Origin: the human T2T-CHM13v2.0 reference genome, Homo sapiens
NCBI RefSeq assembly: GCF_009914755.1
Contig: NC_060930.1
DNA: 64,000 bases
Reading direction: 5' to 3' (one strand)
The position numbers and the translations under genes are program-made. Below the pieces are notes generated by a model that ran no database searches, had not been told where the DNA came from, and was given only the letters and a program-made list of their open reading frames with translations. Below are positions 41,601-64,000 of this stretch, piece after piece (position 1 is the stretch's first letter; each line of letters begins with the position of its first letter).

Positions 41601-43178
41601 CTTTTGGAATTAATTCACAATTTTATTCCATTGTGGTCTTCTGAGAGAGCACTTGATATAATTTTGATTTTCTTAAATTTATTGAGGATTGTTTTATGGC
41701 CTATCATATGGTCTATCTTGAAGAATGTTCCATGTGCTGATGAAAAGAATGTATATTCTGCAGTTGTTGGGTAGACTGTTCTGCAAATATCTGTTAAGCC
41801 CATTTGTTCTAGGGTATAGTTTAAGTTCATTGTTTCTTTGTTGACTTTCTGTCTTGATGACCCCTCTAGTGCTGTCAGTGGAATATTGAAGTCCCCTACA
41901 ATTATTGTGTTGCCATCTGTCCCATTTCTTAGGTCTAGTAGTAATTATTTTATAAATTTGGGAGCTCCTATGTTAGGTGTATGGACTAATCCTTTTATCA
42001 TTATATAATATCCTTTCTTGTCTCTTTAGTTTTTGCTTTAAAGTCTGTTTTGTCTGATATAAGAATAGCTACTCCTGCTTGCTTTTGGTTTCCATTTGCA
42101 TGTAATATCTTTTTGTAATCCTTTACTTTGAATTTTTATGAGTCCTTATGTGTTAGGTGAGTCTCTTGAAGACAGCAGATACTTGGTTGTTGGATTTTTA
42201 TTCATTCTGCCATTCTGTATCTTTTAAGTGGAGCATTTAGGCTATTTACATTCAATGTTAGTATTGAGATGTGAGGTACTATTCTATTCCTTATGCTGGT
42301 TGCTGCCTGAATACCCTTTTTTAAAAAATTGTGTTGTTGTTTTATAGGTTCTGTGAGATTTATGATTTAAGGAGATTATATTTTGGTGTATTTCAAGTCG
42401 TTTTTCAAGATTTGGAGCACCTTTTATGATTTCTCGTAGTGCTGATTTGGTAGTGGTGAATTCTCTCAGCATTTATTCATCTGAAAAAGACTTTATCTCG
42501 GCTTAATTTATGAAGCTTAGTTTCACTGGATGCAAAATTCTTGGCTGATAGTTATTTTGTTTAGGGAGGCTAACAATAAGACCCCAATCCCTTCTGGCTT
42601 GCAGAGTTTCTGCTGATAAATCTGCTGTTAATCTTATAGGATTTCCCTTGTAGGTTACCTGATGCTTTTGCCTCACAGCTCTTAAGATTCTTTTCTTCAT
42701 TTTGGTTTTAGATAACCTGATGACTGTATGCCTAGGTGATGATCTTTTTGTGACGAATTTCCAAGGTGTTCTTTCAGCTTCTTGTATTTGGATGTCTAGA
42801 TTTTTAGCAAAACCATGGAAGTTTTCATTGATTTTTTTTTTCAAATAAATTTTCCAAACTTTTAGATTTCTCTTCTTCCTCAGGAACATGAATTATTCTT
42901 AGATTTGGTTGTTTAACATAATCCTAAATTTCTTGGAGGCTGTTTTTTTTTTAATTATTTTTTATTTGTCTTTGTCAGATTGGGTTAGTTGGAAAGCCTT
43001 GTCTTTGAGCTCTAAAGTTTTTTTTTTCTACTTGCTCAATTCTCTTGAAACTTTCCAGTGTATTTTGCATTTCTCTGAGTGTGTCTTTCATTTCCAGAAG
43101 TTGTGATTGTCTTTTATTTATGATATATATTTCTCTAAAGACTTTTTCATCCGTAACCTGTGTTGTTTTTTTAATTTC

Positions 43179-43485
<307 letters not shown>

Positions 43486-45134
43486 TAAGGTAGTTTTTAC
43501 CTTTCTCTGGTGCCTCCTTGAGTAGCTTAATAATCAGCCTTCTGAATTATTTATCTGGCAATTCAGATATTTCTTGTTGGTTTGGATTGGATCCATTGCT
43601 GGAAAGGTAATGTGATCTTTTGAGTGTGTTATAGAACATTATTTTTTCATATTACCAGAACTGCTTTTTTAGTTCCCCTTCTCATTTGAATAGACTGTTT
43701 CATTGGAAAGATCTGGAACTCATGGGCTACTGTTCAGATTCTTTTGCCCCATAAGATGATCACTTGATGTAGTGGTCTCCCCCTTCCCCTAGGGATGGGG
43801 CTTCCTGAGAACCAGACTGCAGTGATTGTTGTGCTCTTCTGCGTCTAGCCACCCAGCAGGGCTACCGGGCTCCAATCTGATCCTAGGGAATGTCTGCAAA
43901 GAGTCCTGTAATGTGATCTGTCCTCAGGTCTCCCAGCCATGGATAGTAGCACCTGCTCCAGTGGAGGCTGCAGGGGAGTGAAGTGGACTCTGTGGGAATC
44001 CTTGGTTGTAGTTTGGTTTAGTGCTCTGGTTTTCTCGAATGCCAGTTATGCTAGCAGTGAAGTTGTCATGTGAACAGACTCAGGACTTGTGGTTAAGCTG
44101 ATGTGTGGTAAGCAGTGGAATTAGCTGTTGTTTTCTCCTTCTTTGGAGCAGGGTTGTTCTGTTATGAGTTGCTGTCATAACTTGAGTTGGTTGGCCTCTA
44201 GCCAGGAGGTGGTGCTTTCAAGAGAGCACCAGCTGCAGTAGTAGAAGGATGGTATAATGTTGCCCTATGTTGGCCAGGATGAGTACTCAGGTCATCTCAG
44301 GTGATGGGTAAGGCTGTAAAACTCCCAAGAGCTTATGCTGTCTTGTGGCATTTGCAGTGGCAAGTTGCTTCCTTGAAAGGGTCTGTGAATTCTTTTGGTT
44401 TTCCTGGTATGTTCCTGCAGTGGTTCTTGGAGCGAAAGTTCACGGTGTGAGTCTCCAGACGCTGTTCTGTCTGCCTAAGCAGGAGCTGTGCATTAGACCT
44501 GTCTCCTATCTGCCATTTTCCTCAAAAGAATTTTAAGTCTATGGCTTTTGATATAGATTGCCAAATGTTTCCCCAAAATCTGAACCAATTTTAAAAAAAT
44601 TTATAATAATTCTAATTTTACTTAAACTGCCCCCAAATGTATTTTATAAAGATAAACTATTTTTCTTTTTTTTTGGCTTTTTCATTTAATACTAGATATA
44701 AATAAATTATTGAAATTTCCCAGATAATGCATGCAATTGTTTTGGATAAATCAGTGGGATAATATTTTCTTTTATATTTAGTTATCAAAATAGATTAAGG
44801 GCAAGTAAAGTTAGGGAGACTGACTTTCTTTGTACTTTCTTTATACTTAGCCAGAAATTTTTCTGTTACAGAAGAATTAGATTGTTATTTACATGCCAAA
44901 TATATGTTTTTCGTGCTTATTCCCAAGAATGATCTTTCACATCAATAATAAAATAATTAGGTTGATAAATTTAAGAACCATTTTAAATCAAATAACTTCA
45001 CTTAAATATGTGCATAAAGGCTAGATCTTGTCAAAATTTCCCTCTCCCCTCTTTCTCTGTTTTTGTGTGTGCATAAGCCTGAATATATCAGTTATTCTAT
45101 GCTTTTGGAAGTATTTTTGCTGACACGTTAAAAG

Positions 45135-45321
45135 TTTTTTTTTTTTTTAATTATACTTTAAGTTCTGGGATACATATGCAAAATGTGCAGGTTTGTTACA
45201 TAGGTATACATGTGCCATGTTGGTTTGTTGCACCCATTAACCCGTCATCTACATTAGGTATTTCTCCTAATGCTATCCCTTCCCTAGCCCCTCACCCCAC
45301 AACAGGCCCCGGTGTGTGATG
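45135..45321 (-). mobile_element. L1PA 3'-terminal fragment
   Basis: tttaattatactttaagttctgggatac ... aacaggccccggtgtgtgatg. Confidence 0.9.
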
Positions 45322-45717
45322 AAACCGTTGTTACTAGTTTTTATTTCTTAAAGATGATGAACTTGTATATAAAAATATTCTTTTAACATTTTAGAAATAA
45401 ATTTTATAAGACTGAAAGGACAAACTATTAGTAAATGTTTCAAAATGTGAAAAACACTTTAGTTATAGTTATGTAATATCTTAGTGACCTCTGTAAGATG
45501 TAATATTTTAAGGGAAGTTTTACCTATGTGAAAACGGGAGAGTAAGAGTCTGTTGGATATTAGGCAAAGTTCAGTGATTTGGCAACAACAGTTGTATAAG
45601 ATTTCAAAAATTGCTAATTGAATCTGATATACCAACATCTAACTAGCTGGTACATGAACTATAGATTACAATACATTTTTTTAAAAAATTGAGGAGTCAG
45701 TGTATTGAACACCTTTT

Positions 45718-46845
45718 AAAAAATTTCAATTTAAGTTCTGGGATACATGTGCTGAACGTGCAGGTTTGTTCCATAGGTGTACATGTGACATGGTGGTTTG
45801 CTGCACCTATCAACCCATCATCTAGGTTTTAATCCCTGCATACATTAGGTATTTGTCCTAATGCTCTCCCTTTCCTTTCGCCCTACCCCCCGACATCCCC
45901 CGGTGTGTGATGTCCCCTTCCCTGTGTCCATGTGTTCTCATTTTTCAGCTCCCACTTATGAGTGAGAACATGCGGTGTTTGGTTTTCTGTTCCTGTGTTA
46001 GTTGCTGAGGATGATGGTTTCCAGCTTCATCCATGTCCCTGCAAAGGACATGAACTCATTCTTTTTTATGGCTGTATAGTATTCCATGGTGTATATGTGC
46101 CACATTTGCTTTATCCAGTCTATCATTGATGGGCATTTGGGTTGGTTTCAAGTCTTTGTTACTGTAAATAGTGCTGCAGTAAACATACATGTGCATTTGT
46201 CTGTATGGTAGAATGATTTATAATCCTTTGGGTATATACCCAGTAATGGGATTCTGGGTCAAATGGTATTTTTGGTTCTATATCCTTGAGGAATCGCCAC
46301 ACTGTCTTCCACAATGGTTGTACTAATTTACACTCCTACCAACAGTGTAAAAGCATTCCAATTTCACCACATCCTCGCCAGCACCTGTTGTGTACTTGCC
46401 ATTCTAACTGGCAGGAGATGGTATCTCATTGTGGTTTTGATTTGCATTTCTCTAATGACCAGTGCTGATGAGCTTTTTTTCATATGTTTGTTGGCCACAT
46501 AAATGTCTTCTTTTGAGAAGTGACTCTTTGAATCCTTTGCCCACTTTTTGATGGGGTTGTTTGCTTTTTTTCTTGTAAATATAAGTTCCTCGTAGATTCT
46601 GGATATTAGCTCTTTGTCAGATGGATAGATTGCAGAAATTTTCTCCCATTCTGTAGGTTGCCTGTTCACTCTGATGGTAGTTTCTTTTGCTGCCCAGAGT
46701 AATTGATAGATTCAGTGCTATTCCCATCAAGCTACCATTGACTTTCTTCACAGACCTAGAGAAAATGACTTTAAATTTCATATGGAACCAAAAAAGAGCC
46801 TGTATAGCCAAGACAATCCTAAGCAAAAAGAACAAAGCTGGAGGT
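45718..46845 (-). mobile_element. L1PA (about PA8) with 5' inversion
   Basis: Antisense 3' part at 45718-46690, then a sense ORF2 piece at 46690-46845 ([25 protein letters not shown]...KKNKAGG). Confidence 0.9.
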
Positions 46846-47016
46846 ACTGAAGATTTAAAGACTATAATTTTCAGAATAATAAGAATTTTGGAAGCACTTG
46901 AATTTCTTATAATTTAAGGTGAAATGAACTATTTTGCTTGAGAGCAACTCATCTGTGAATATAAAGATATACTGATTCCTAACACTTGCATTATCTATTT
47001 GCTTTTTTCTGTTTAG

Positions 47017-47189
47017 GACATCCAGGCAGAAATTGATGCCCACAATGACATATTTAAAAGCATTGACGGAAACAGGCAGAAGATGGTAAAAGCTTTGGGA
47101 AATTCTGAAGAGGCTACTATGCTTCAACATCGACTGGATGATATGAACCAAAGATGGAATGACTTAAAAGCAAAATCTGCTAGCATCAG
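47017..47189 (+). CDS. UTRN: Utrophin internal coding exon (spectrin-repeat rod domain; paralogue of DMD exon 56)
   Basis: Acceptor ttgcttttttctgtttAG|GAC with a branch-like ctaac near 46979-46983, and donor ATCAG|GTcaga. The exon is 173 nt (phase 0 to phase 2) and reads [57 protein letters not shown](R), with the spectrin helix-C motif L..mNqRWndL. It matches utrophin from memory, and length and phase equal DMD exon 56 (DLQGEIEAH...). It is absent from the ORF track because it has no start codon. Confidence 0.96.
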
Positions 47190-47444
47190 GTCAGAATAGT
47201 CAATATCAAAATAAAAATAATGGGGTGGAAGGGGTAGATACTTGTGATTTTTGTATATCAGAAAGAGAAAGCGCAGCCTTACCACCACTTCTATTTCATC
47301 AGAAATAGTTTAAGATTTTAATGCAAAGCCTGTTTCCTTGAGTTATATAGTTCAAGCTCTATTTGTGTCCAATACTTTCTGCCACCTGTTCTAGACTATT
47401 CATAAATGTTCATATATTTTAAATCTAACAATACTAGTAACAAT

Positions 47445-47665
47445 ACTGTTAGCAACATCTGCTAATTACTGAGTGTTTACCTTGACTAAGTACTTGTTAG
47501 GATCTTTACAAATGTTACTTTATTTCGTAATCAAAAAATCCTAGTAAGGTGGGTGGTAACATTATTTCTTCTATGAGGAAACAGAGGTTTAATGAATATA
47601 AGGAACTTGCCAAGTTTTGGGGCTAAGAAGTGCCAAGTCAGAGTTTGAATCTAGATCTTTTTTAC
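47445..47665 (-). mobile_element. MIR
   Basis: atgaggaaacagagg ... aacttgccaag ... gagtttgaatctagatct. Confidence 0.65.
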
Positions 47666-48084
47666 TCTTGGCAGTGAACATGTTTTGCTTAATCATGTTG
47701 TTTTTTATGCCTCATTCAAGATGTATTTATAGAAATTAAATATCTCTTATGGACACTAAAATGGAAAATTGATGATTCATGTCTGCATTTGGAGAGAGTA
47801 AAATTAAATAAGGATGAACCTTAGGACCAGAATTCTGACTAGGAAAAGACCTTGAAAATTACCCAGAGAGACAGTATGATTAGTGTTATTGGGATCAAGA
47901 ATATTTTAAGATCATATTTAATAGAGAGTGGACAGCTCCTAATTATATATAAATTTAGTGAATACTGGCTGAAAAATATGTTATTGAGCAAAAATCTAAA
48001 AGCAGAACATTGGCAGGAAGTCCTGGATCAGCTTTTGTTTTGTTTTGTTTTTTGCCTTGTACCAAGTGTACATCCTTTAAACCA

Positions 48085-48235
48085 AATGGTCTTGAATTTG
48101 ACTCTGACTTCACTATTTACTCTCTGATCTTGAACAAACTACTCAGCCTCTTTGAGCCTTGGATTATTTTATTTACAAAATCAGAATAGAAATATTTAAC
48201 ACTCATGATTGCTATGAAGATTTAATGGAATGGTT
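48085..48235 (+). mobile_element. MIR
   Basis: tgatcttgaacaaactactcagcctctttgagcctt ... gattgctatgaagatttaatg. Confidence 0.6.
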
Positions 48236-49149
48236 TGATAGTTCCCTAATCTATGTAAATCCTGCCTAAGAAAGCATCTAGTTAAGTATTTTTATACATA
48301 AAGGGGCTCACTGGATCTGCCTCAGCTGGTTTCAAGATTTAATGGAGAACAGAATTTTCAATGATTACTTATCATAAATGAATTAAAATTTTTTTTTCTA
48401 AGATGTATTGAAAGGTTTTTATTCTTCTGGAGCTCAGAGAGTGGAATTTGCAGTTCCTCTTACATGTGAGGAAGGGAGCAATGCAGCATGGACATGGATG
48501 CTCTGTGTAAAGTTCCCATTGGGAAATACAATAGGTCAGCATTGGCCAACTACTTTTTCTTAGTAAGAGAAGAAAATTAGGGAGTTCTATGTAGTGAGGG
48601 ATTATACTTTTTTAAGATTTGAATTTTCAACTGCCTAGATCCCATCAGGTTGCAACTTTCCATTCCTCATAAATATGAACAAAAATATTTAAAATATTAA
48701 TAGTGAAAAGCATTCACTGAGCATCCAACAAGTCATCTATGCCAGCAACCTAAGAATTCCAGAGCTGGCCCTAGTGAAGATGGTATACATGGTGCTGGGA
48801 TTTTCAGAGGTTAGAGAATGACTTATTTAGGAAGAATAATTTAATGAAGACCTATATCATAAACAGATCATTCTAAGTAAAAAGTTACAGACAAGAAATT
48901 TTTGGTCTTTCTTGGGAGTTATTGCCTAAGCCTATCATGACACATTTTTTTTTAACCTGGAAAGAAAGAACTTATAAACTACAGTTGGAATATTATGTAA
49001 TAAGTAAGTTAACATTATTTTTAGAAGATGGGAGAATATGCTTGTGGCAGTGGACTTTTGCATTAAGGTAGATCAGACATTCCAGTAAAATGTAATAATA
49101 AATTAATGTGATAATGAATTAAAATAACTTTTACTTTGATTAGTCACCT

Positions 49150-50310
49150 CAAGAGATTCAAGCACTTATTCAAGCATGTAATAAAAACTTATTTCTGTGC
49201 TTAAGGCATTGCTATTAATAAGATGTAGTCCCTACCCCTAGAGGTTCACAAATCTGTTTAGATTAAGGTAGGGCCCAAAGCAGAGAGTGGTTACTCTCAC
49301 TTCAGATGATCAAAGAAGGCTTCATAAAAGAGGTCATTCCTTAGCTGAGCCTTGAAACATATATAGTTATTCCCCAGATAGTCTAGGTGATGACTGGGGA
49401 AGGGTAACTAAGTTAGGGGCTTGAAATAACACTGTGTTGATATGAAAATCAATACATTAAGTCTGGCTGAGAATACAGTTTGCTGCTGGTGTCATGGGGA
49501 AAAGACTATGGCTAACAAAAAGACAGAGGTGTAAGAGACAAGTCATGCACACCTATGTGTAACCAAGCTCCCTTCCATTGTGGATGGAATTGGGAGCCTT
49601 TTGAGTAACATGATTAGATTTGGGCTTTGGAAGAATCCCTCACACAGCTACGGAGGATGCCTCGGATGAGCCTGTTCTGAAGAGGGGAGACCTGGTAGGA
49701 GACACTTTCGGCATCTAGGAAAGGGAAGAGAGATTGAGCAGATAATTAGTTCACGTTGTTAAGACACTGGTGAGACATCCAGGAGAAGACAGCCAAAGCC
49801 ATTAGATGGAGATCTGCTCTTCAAAAGAGAGCAGTAGGTGAAATAGACAGACGGGAGGCGGTGTCCAGAGACAGGTGGCAGGTAACCATTGTGAGTTAGT
49901 TATTAGAGAGGTTGAAACATTAGAAGAGGGCAAAGAAGTCCAAGAAACTCTAATACATAAGGAATGGTGAAGGAGAGGGAAGCAGCAAGGAAACTGAGAA
50001 GTCCCTATCCTGAAGAGGGATGAGATCCAGGAATGCTGTCGAGAGCCAAGGAAAGAGGGATTTCTAAAAGAAGTGCATAAGTAATGGTGCAAGCTGCTTG
50101 AGGAAGTGGAGTAAGATCAGGCCTGCAGAGTCCAGGAGCAATTAGAAGGGCTTTGGTGGCCTTTTGCCAGGGCCTTTTTTTTTTCTGGTTGAGGGAGAAA
50201 TCTGATTGCAGAGGACTAAAGAGACAGAAGGGGAGGTGAGTACGTGGAAAAAGAACTGAGTCTACTCAGTCTCGTTATCTCAAGGAACTCATCTGTGAAG
50301 GGAAGAGGAG
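49150..50310 (-). mobile_element. L2 fragments
   Basis: Purine-rich, with agatgtagtccctacccctagagg, aaagaaggcttcataaaagagg and gagccaaggaaagagg. Confidence 0.6.
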
Positions 50311-50434
50311 GGAAGAATGCATTTGCTCTATTATTATAGTTGATAGTATTGCAAGTTTATAACAGCTTGAAGCTGTATCTGTATCTATATTAACCTGTCC
50401 GTGCTTTTACAGAGATTAGATATGGCTTTTAAAA

Positions 50435-51292
50435 ATTTTTTTAATTTTATTTTTAACGTTTGTGGGCATATAGTAGGTGTATATATTTATGGAGTACACG
50501 AGATATTTTGGTACAGGCATGCATGCAATGCATAATAATCACATCGTGGAAAATGTGGTATCTATCCCCTCAAGCATTTATCTTTTGTGTTACAAACAAT
50601 CCAATTATACTTTTTTAGTTATTTTAAAATGTACAACTAAGTTATTATTGACTATAATCACCCTTGTTTTGCTATCAAATACTGGATCTTATTCATTCTT
50701 TCTAACTGTTTTATACCTATTAATCATCACCACTTCCTCCCCATCACCCCCCTGCCCCACCAACTACCCTTCCCAGCCTCTGGTAACCATCCTTCTACTC
50801 TATCTCCATGAGTTCAATTGTTTTGATTTTTAGATCCCCAAAATAACTGAGAATAGTCAATGTTTGTCTTTCTGCACCTGGTTTATTTCACTTAACATAA
50901 TGATCTCCCCTTCCATCCACATTGTTGCAAATGACAGAATGGTGGAATAGTACTCCATTTTGTATAAATACATTTTCTTTATCCATTTATCTGTTGATGA
51001 ACACTTAGGTTGCTTCCAAATCTTGGCTATTGTGAACAGTACTGCCACAAACATGGGAGTGCAGATATTTCTGCGATATACTGATTTCCTTTCTTTTGGG
51101 TATATAGCCAGCAGTGGGATTGCTGGATCATATGGTAGCCCTATTTTTAGTTTTTTGAGGAACCTCCAAACTGTTCTCCATAGTGTTTATATTAACTTAC
51201 ATTCCCACCAACAGTTCACAAGGGTTCCTTTTTCTCCACATGCTAGACAGCATTTGTTATTGCCTGACTTTTGGATAAAAGCCATTTTTAAC
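50435..51292 (-). mobile_element. L1MA 3' fragment
   Basis: Minus [31 protein letters not shown] (ORF2 C-terminus) plus an L1MA 3'UTR. Confidence 0.88.
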
Positions 51293-52643
51293 TAGATTAG
51301 GTAAGTTTAGCTAAAGGCGTAAATGATCTCTTCTTTATTTTTATATTTAAAAAATGAATAAGATAAAATTAAAATAGCATGTTTGTTATTACTTGGATAT
51401 TTATAAAAGATAAAATAGTTTGTTATTTAATTTAGCCTCTGCATTTGCCAAAAATGGTGGCACGTGGTATGTGTTCAGTAATTGTTAGCTATTATTATTC
51501 TCATTGATTACCTCTTTGTTTGGCACTAATTTAAAATACACAGGAATTCTCTCTACCCTATGTTTTTCTCTCGGTCGGTAATGTTGGGGATTTCCGAGAA
51601 GGTCTCCCAAAACAGCTTCCCCCTTTGCTGGCTGGATTCTGAACAAGTATGAAACAAAGTGTGCTCAAGGGGCATTCATCATGTGGCCAATAGAGAACTC
51701 AAATGCCATGTTAATTACTGATAGAGGCCAGGTTGGAGGTGGTAACTTAGAGTGAAGGTGAGTGGAGCTGTCAACCAAACCCCAGAATGAGGCAGAATCA
51801 CCAGCAGTCACTGGGCAAGGTGGCTTCCCAAGTGAGAAACCATACATGGAAGAGTAGAAAAGAACTCAGTATCTTCATGGCCTGTTGTCAAGTGGACCGT
51901 ATGGGCTGAGCTAAGCATGCCCAATTATTCTCCCTGAATTTACAGATCAGATTCGTCACTCTACCTTTGCAGGGACTGTTTCAGGGGTGGAGAAGAGACC
52001 AGAGTGTGCTTAGTGAGAAAATCCCTCCCCAAGGAGTGGGAGGAGTGTTCTCATAACAAATCTGTAGAGGCAATCCACCTCCCAGGCTCCTGGCTCCTTC
52101 ATTGCCTACTGAAAGTGATCACTGTGGAGCACACTGTTCAGCCCTACTTCTCTGTTCTTTCCTCTCATTCCTTTCATGCACAATCTGCTCCTTATACTGC
52201 CTTCTATTGTGAACACATTCTCCTATGTCTCAAATATTTCTCGAAACTTTTCCATCACTTTTCTCTCTAAATGTTGGGTTTCCCCTTAATTGCCTACTTC
52301 GCTTGAAACTCTTTTCAATAGAGGTTAATTTCCTCATTTTCCTCACCTAGCAGCCAATGAGAATATTCTGAATCTCTACCAACTGCTATGGACACCAAAC
52401 GGCCTGAATACCAGCCATAAACATCAAATGTGGTGCCAGAAAACACTGGCTGAAAAGGGAGCCCTGTCACACAGGGATAAGAGGGACAATTGCCAGCCTC
52501 ATTGTGACTCATTAAGCATTGCTTCTCCATCTTTCAACAACATCTCCTTAGAAGTGAATGCATCCATTATCCTAATCTTTCATCATCTTATTTCTGCTTC
52601 TTCCTGATCTATATATAGGACATGCTTCTACATTCCTCATTAA

Positions 52644-53024
<381 letters not shown>

Positions 53025-53452
53025 TAACTTTTTATATTTTGATTTCCAAGTTTCTTTTTACTTTATCTGTAAATGCCTTTATCCCTGTTCTAAGTCCCGT
53101 AGACCTTGTCACACTGGGAGTCAGTTAACATTTCCTGTCATCTTGGCATCCCTGAGATAATCAATTTCCAGGAGATCAAGGGCAGACTGTTTTCCAGAGT
53201 ACACATTTTATTTTATTACATTCGACCTGGCCATGTGCATCTGAATGCAATTGGTTTTCCCCTATTAGTTAGTGAAGAGCCCTCTGTTGTATCAAATCAA
53301 ATAAGAATTGTTTTCAACCTCATCAGTAAGATGGCTCTCCTTCACATTAAGGTTATGAGTCCTATCCAGGGGGGTGCCTTCCTTCATTAGCTTATTATAT
53401 ACTGGACCTGTCTATCTACTGTTATTTAACTTTACAGTTTTATCCAGTTCAT

Positions 53453-60055
<6,603 letters not shown>

Positions 60056-60469
60056 TAAATGCACATCCTAAAGTATTTTCAACTGTCAAATTCTCCAGCT
60101 TTTAAACATTTATTCCTTTTTTTTTCCTGAATTTTCACATCTTTCTTCTAATCTTCAGTTACTTAAACCCTTCCTCTTTTCAGACTCCATTAATCCCTTC
60201 TACCTAGTTTGGAGCCCATCATAAGATACTTCAGCAGTGTCAAGAGCTTGAATTTCCTTTCCCCTTTTAACTTCTTCTATTTCCCAGTCTCTGACATTCC
60301 AATGTCCATACTCTCTCTATCCCTTGTCTTTAATCTTGGATTCTGCCTAGTGTTGCACTAGAAAGTGAAAAATGGTAACATTGATCCTGCTATAATTTGA
60401 TACTTTCTACTTAAAATTGGCATTGTGATTTGCAATGATTTTCTATTATATTCACCACCTTGTCTATTT

Positions 60470-63530
<3,061 letters not shown>

Positions 63531-63969
63531 ATCACCATGCCTATTTTAAAAGATTTTGATCCTTTTTAGTCCCCAAATTCTCTCTCTGCAGGTGGCCTTT
63601 TTTTTTTTTTGAGAGTGAGGCTATCTGATTGATACTCTTTATGCTACTTGGAGTATTTAATATGCATTGGTTCTGTATTTCACATTATGCTTTTATTGCG
63701 CTAAAGTTGATATTAAAGTTTTATAGCATAAAATGTCATGGCAGGGAACATTTGCTCTAATTTATCATAATTTTTTAAAAAGAAAATGTCTGCTAAGATC
63801 ATAATAACAGCTAATATTTATATGCTAGATCTACCCTAAGTGTTTTACAGGTATTAACTTCTTTGACCATGGTGTGGCCATTGGAACAATGTAATAATAT
63901 GTGGCTCAATACCATAGGTTAATATCTTAAACGTTATTTTTCATTCTCTTTGGATAGCCATGATTAAAC

Positions 63970-64000
63970 TTTTTTTTTTTTTTTGAGACAGAGTCTCACT
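63970..64000 (-). mobile_element. Alu 3' end, cut by window edge
   Basis: Poly-T plus gagacagagtctcact. Confidence 0.85.

Noticed and set aside
46855-47151. 98-aa minus-strand ORF
   Set aside because: Antisense shadow of the real UTRN exon.

Overview
Primate (almost certainly human) genomic DNA, AT-rich and mostly intronic, with the host gene on the + strand. One clear coding exon lies at 47017-47189 (173 nt, [57 protein letters not shown](R)). I recognise it as a utrophin (UTRN) spectrin-repeat exon, paralogous to DMD exon 56. The upstream intron is therefore the counterpart of DMD intron 55, which carries the Dp116 promoter; by recollection the UTRN counterpart carries the G-utrophin/Up113 promoter. 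The rest is mainly Alus, antisense L1s (two with both ends), solo LTRs (MER4, MER67-like, THE1, MLT1A), MIR/L2 and small DNA transposons. The main finding is a repeat-poor island at about 26-32 kb that looks like an internal promoter plus alternative first exon. It has a perfect RFX X-box (28178-28191), two uORFs overlapping at an ATGA, and a 17-codon N-terminus (MIGLNFNLRELLTKFEK, 28837-28887) ending at a phase-0 donor that joins the UTRN exon in frame. That frame is open for 124 codons except for a single TAG, suggesting a lost or readthrough-extended N-terminus. Secondary findings are a 126-nt near-perfect hairpin (33991-34116), a 5'-inverted L1 next to the exon, and a complex rearranged L1. 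Repeat subfamilies were called by eye and no database search was run.
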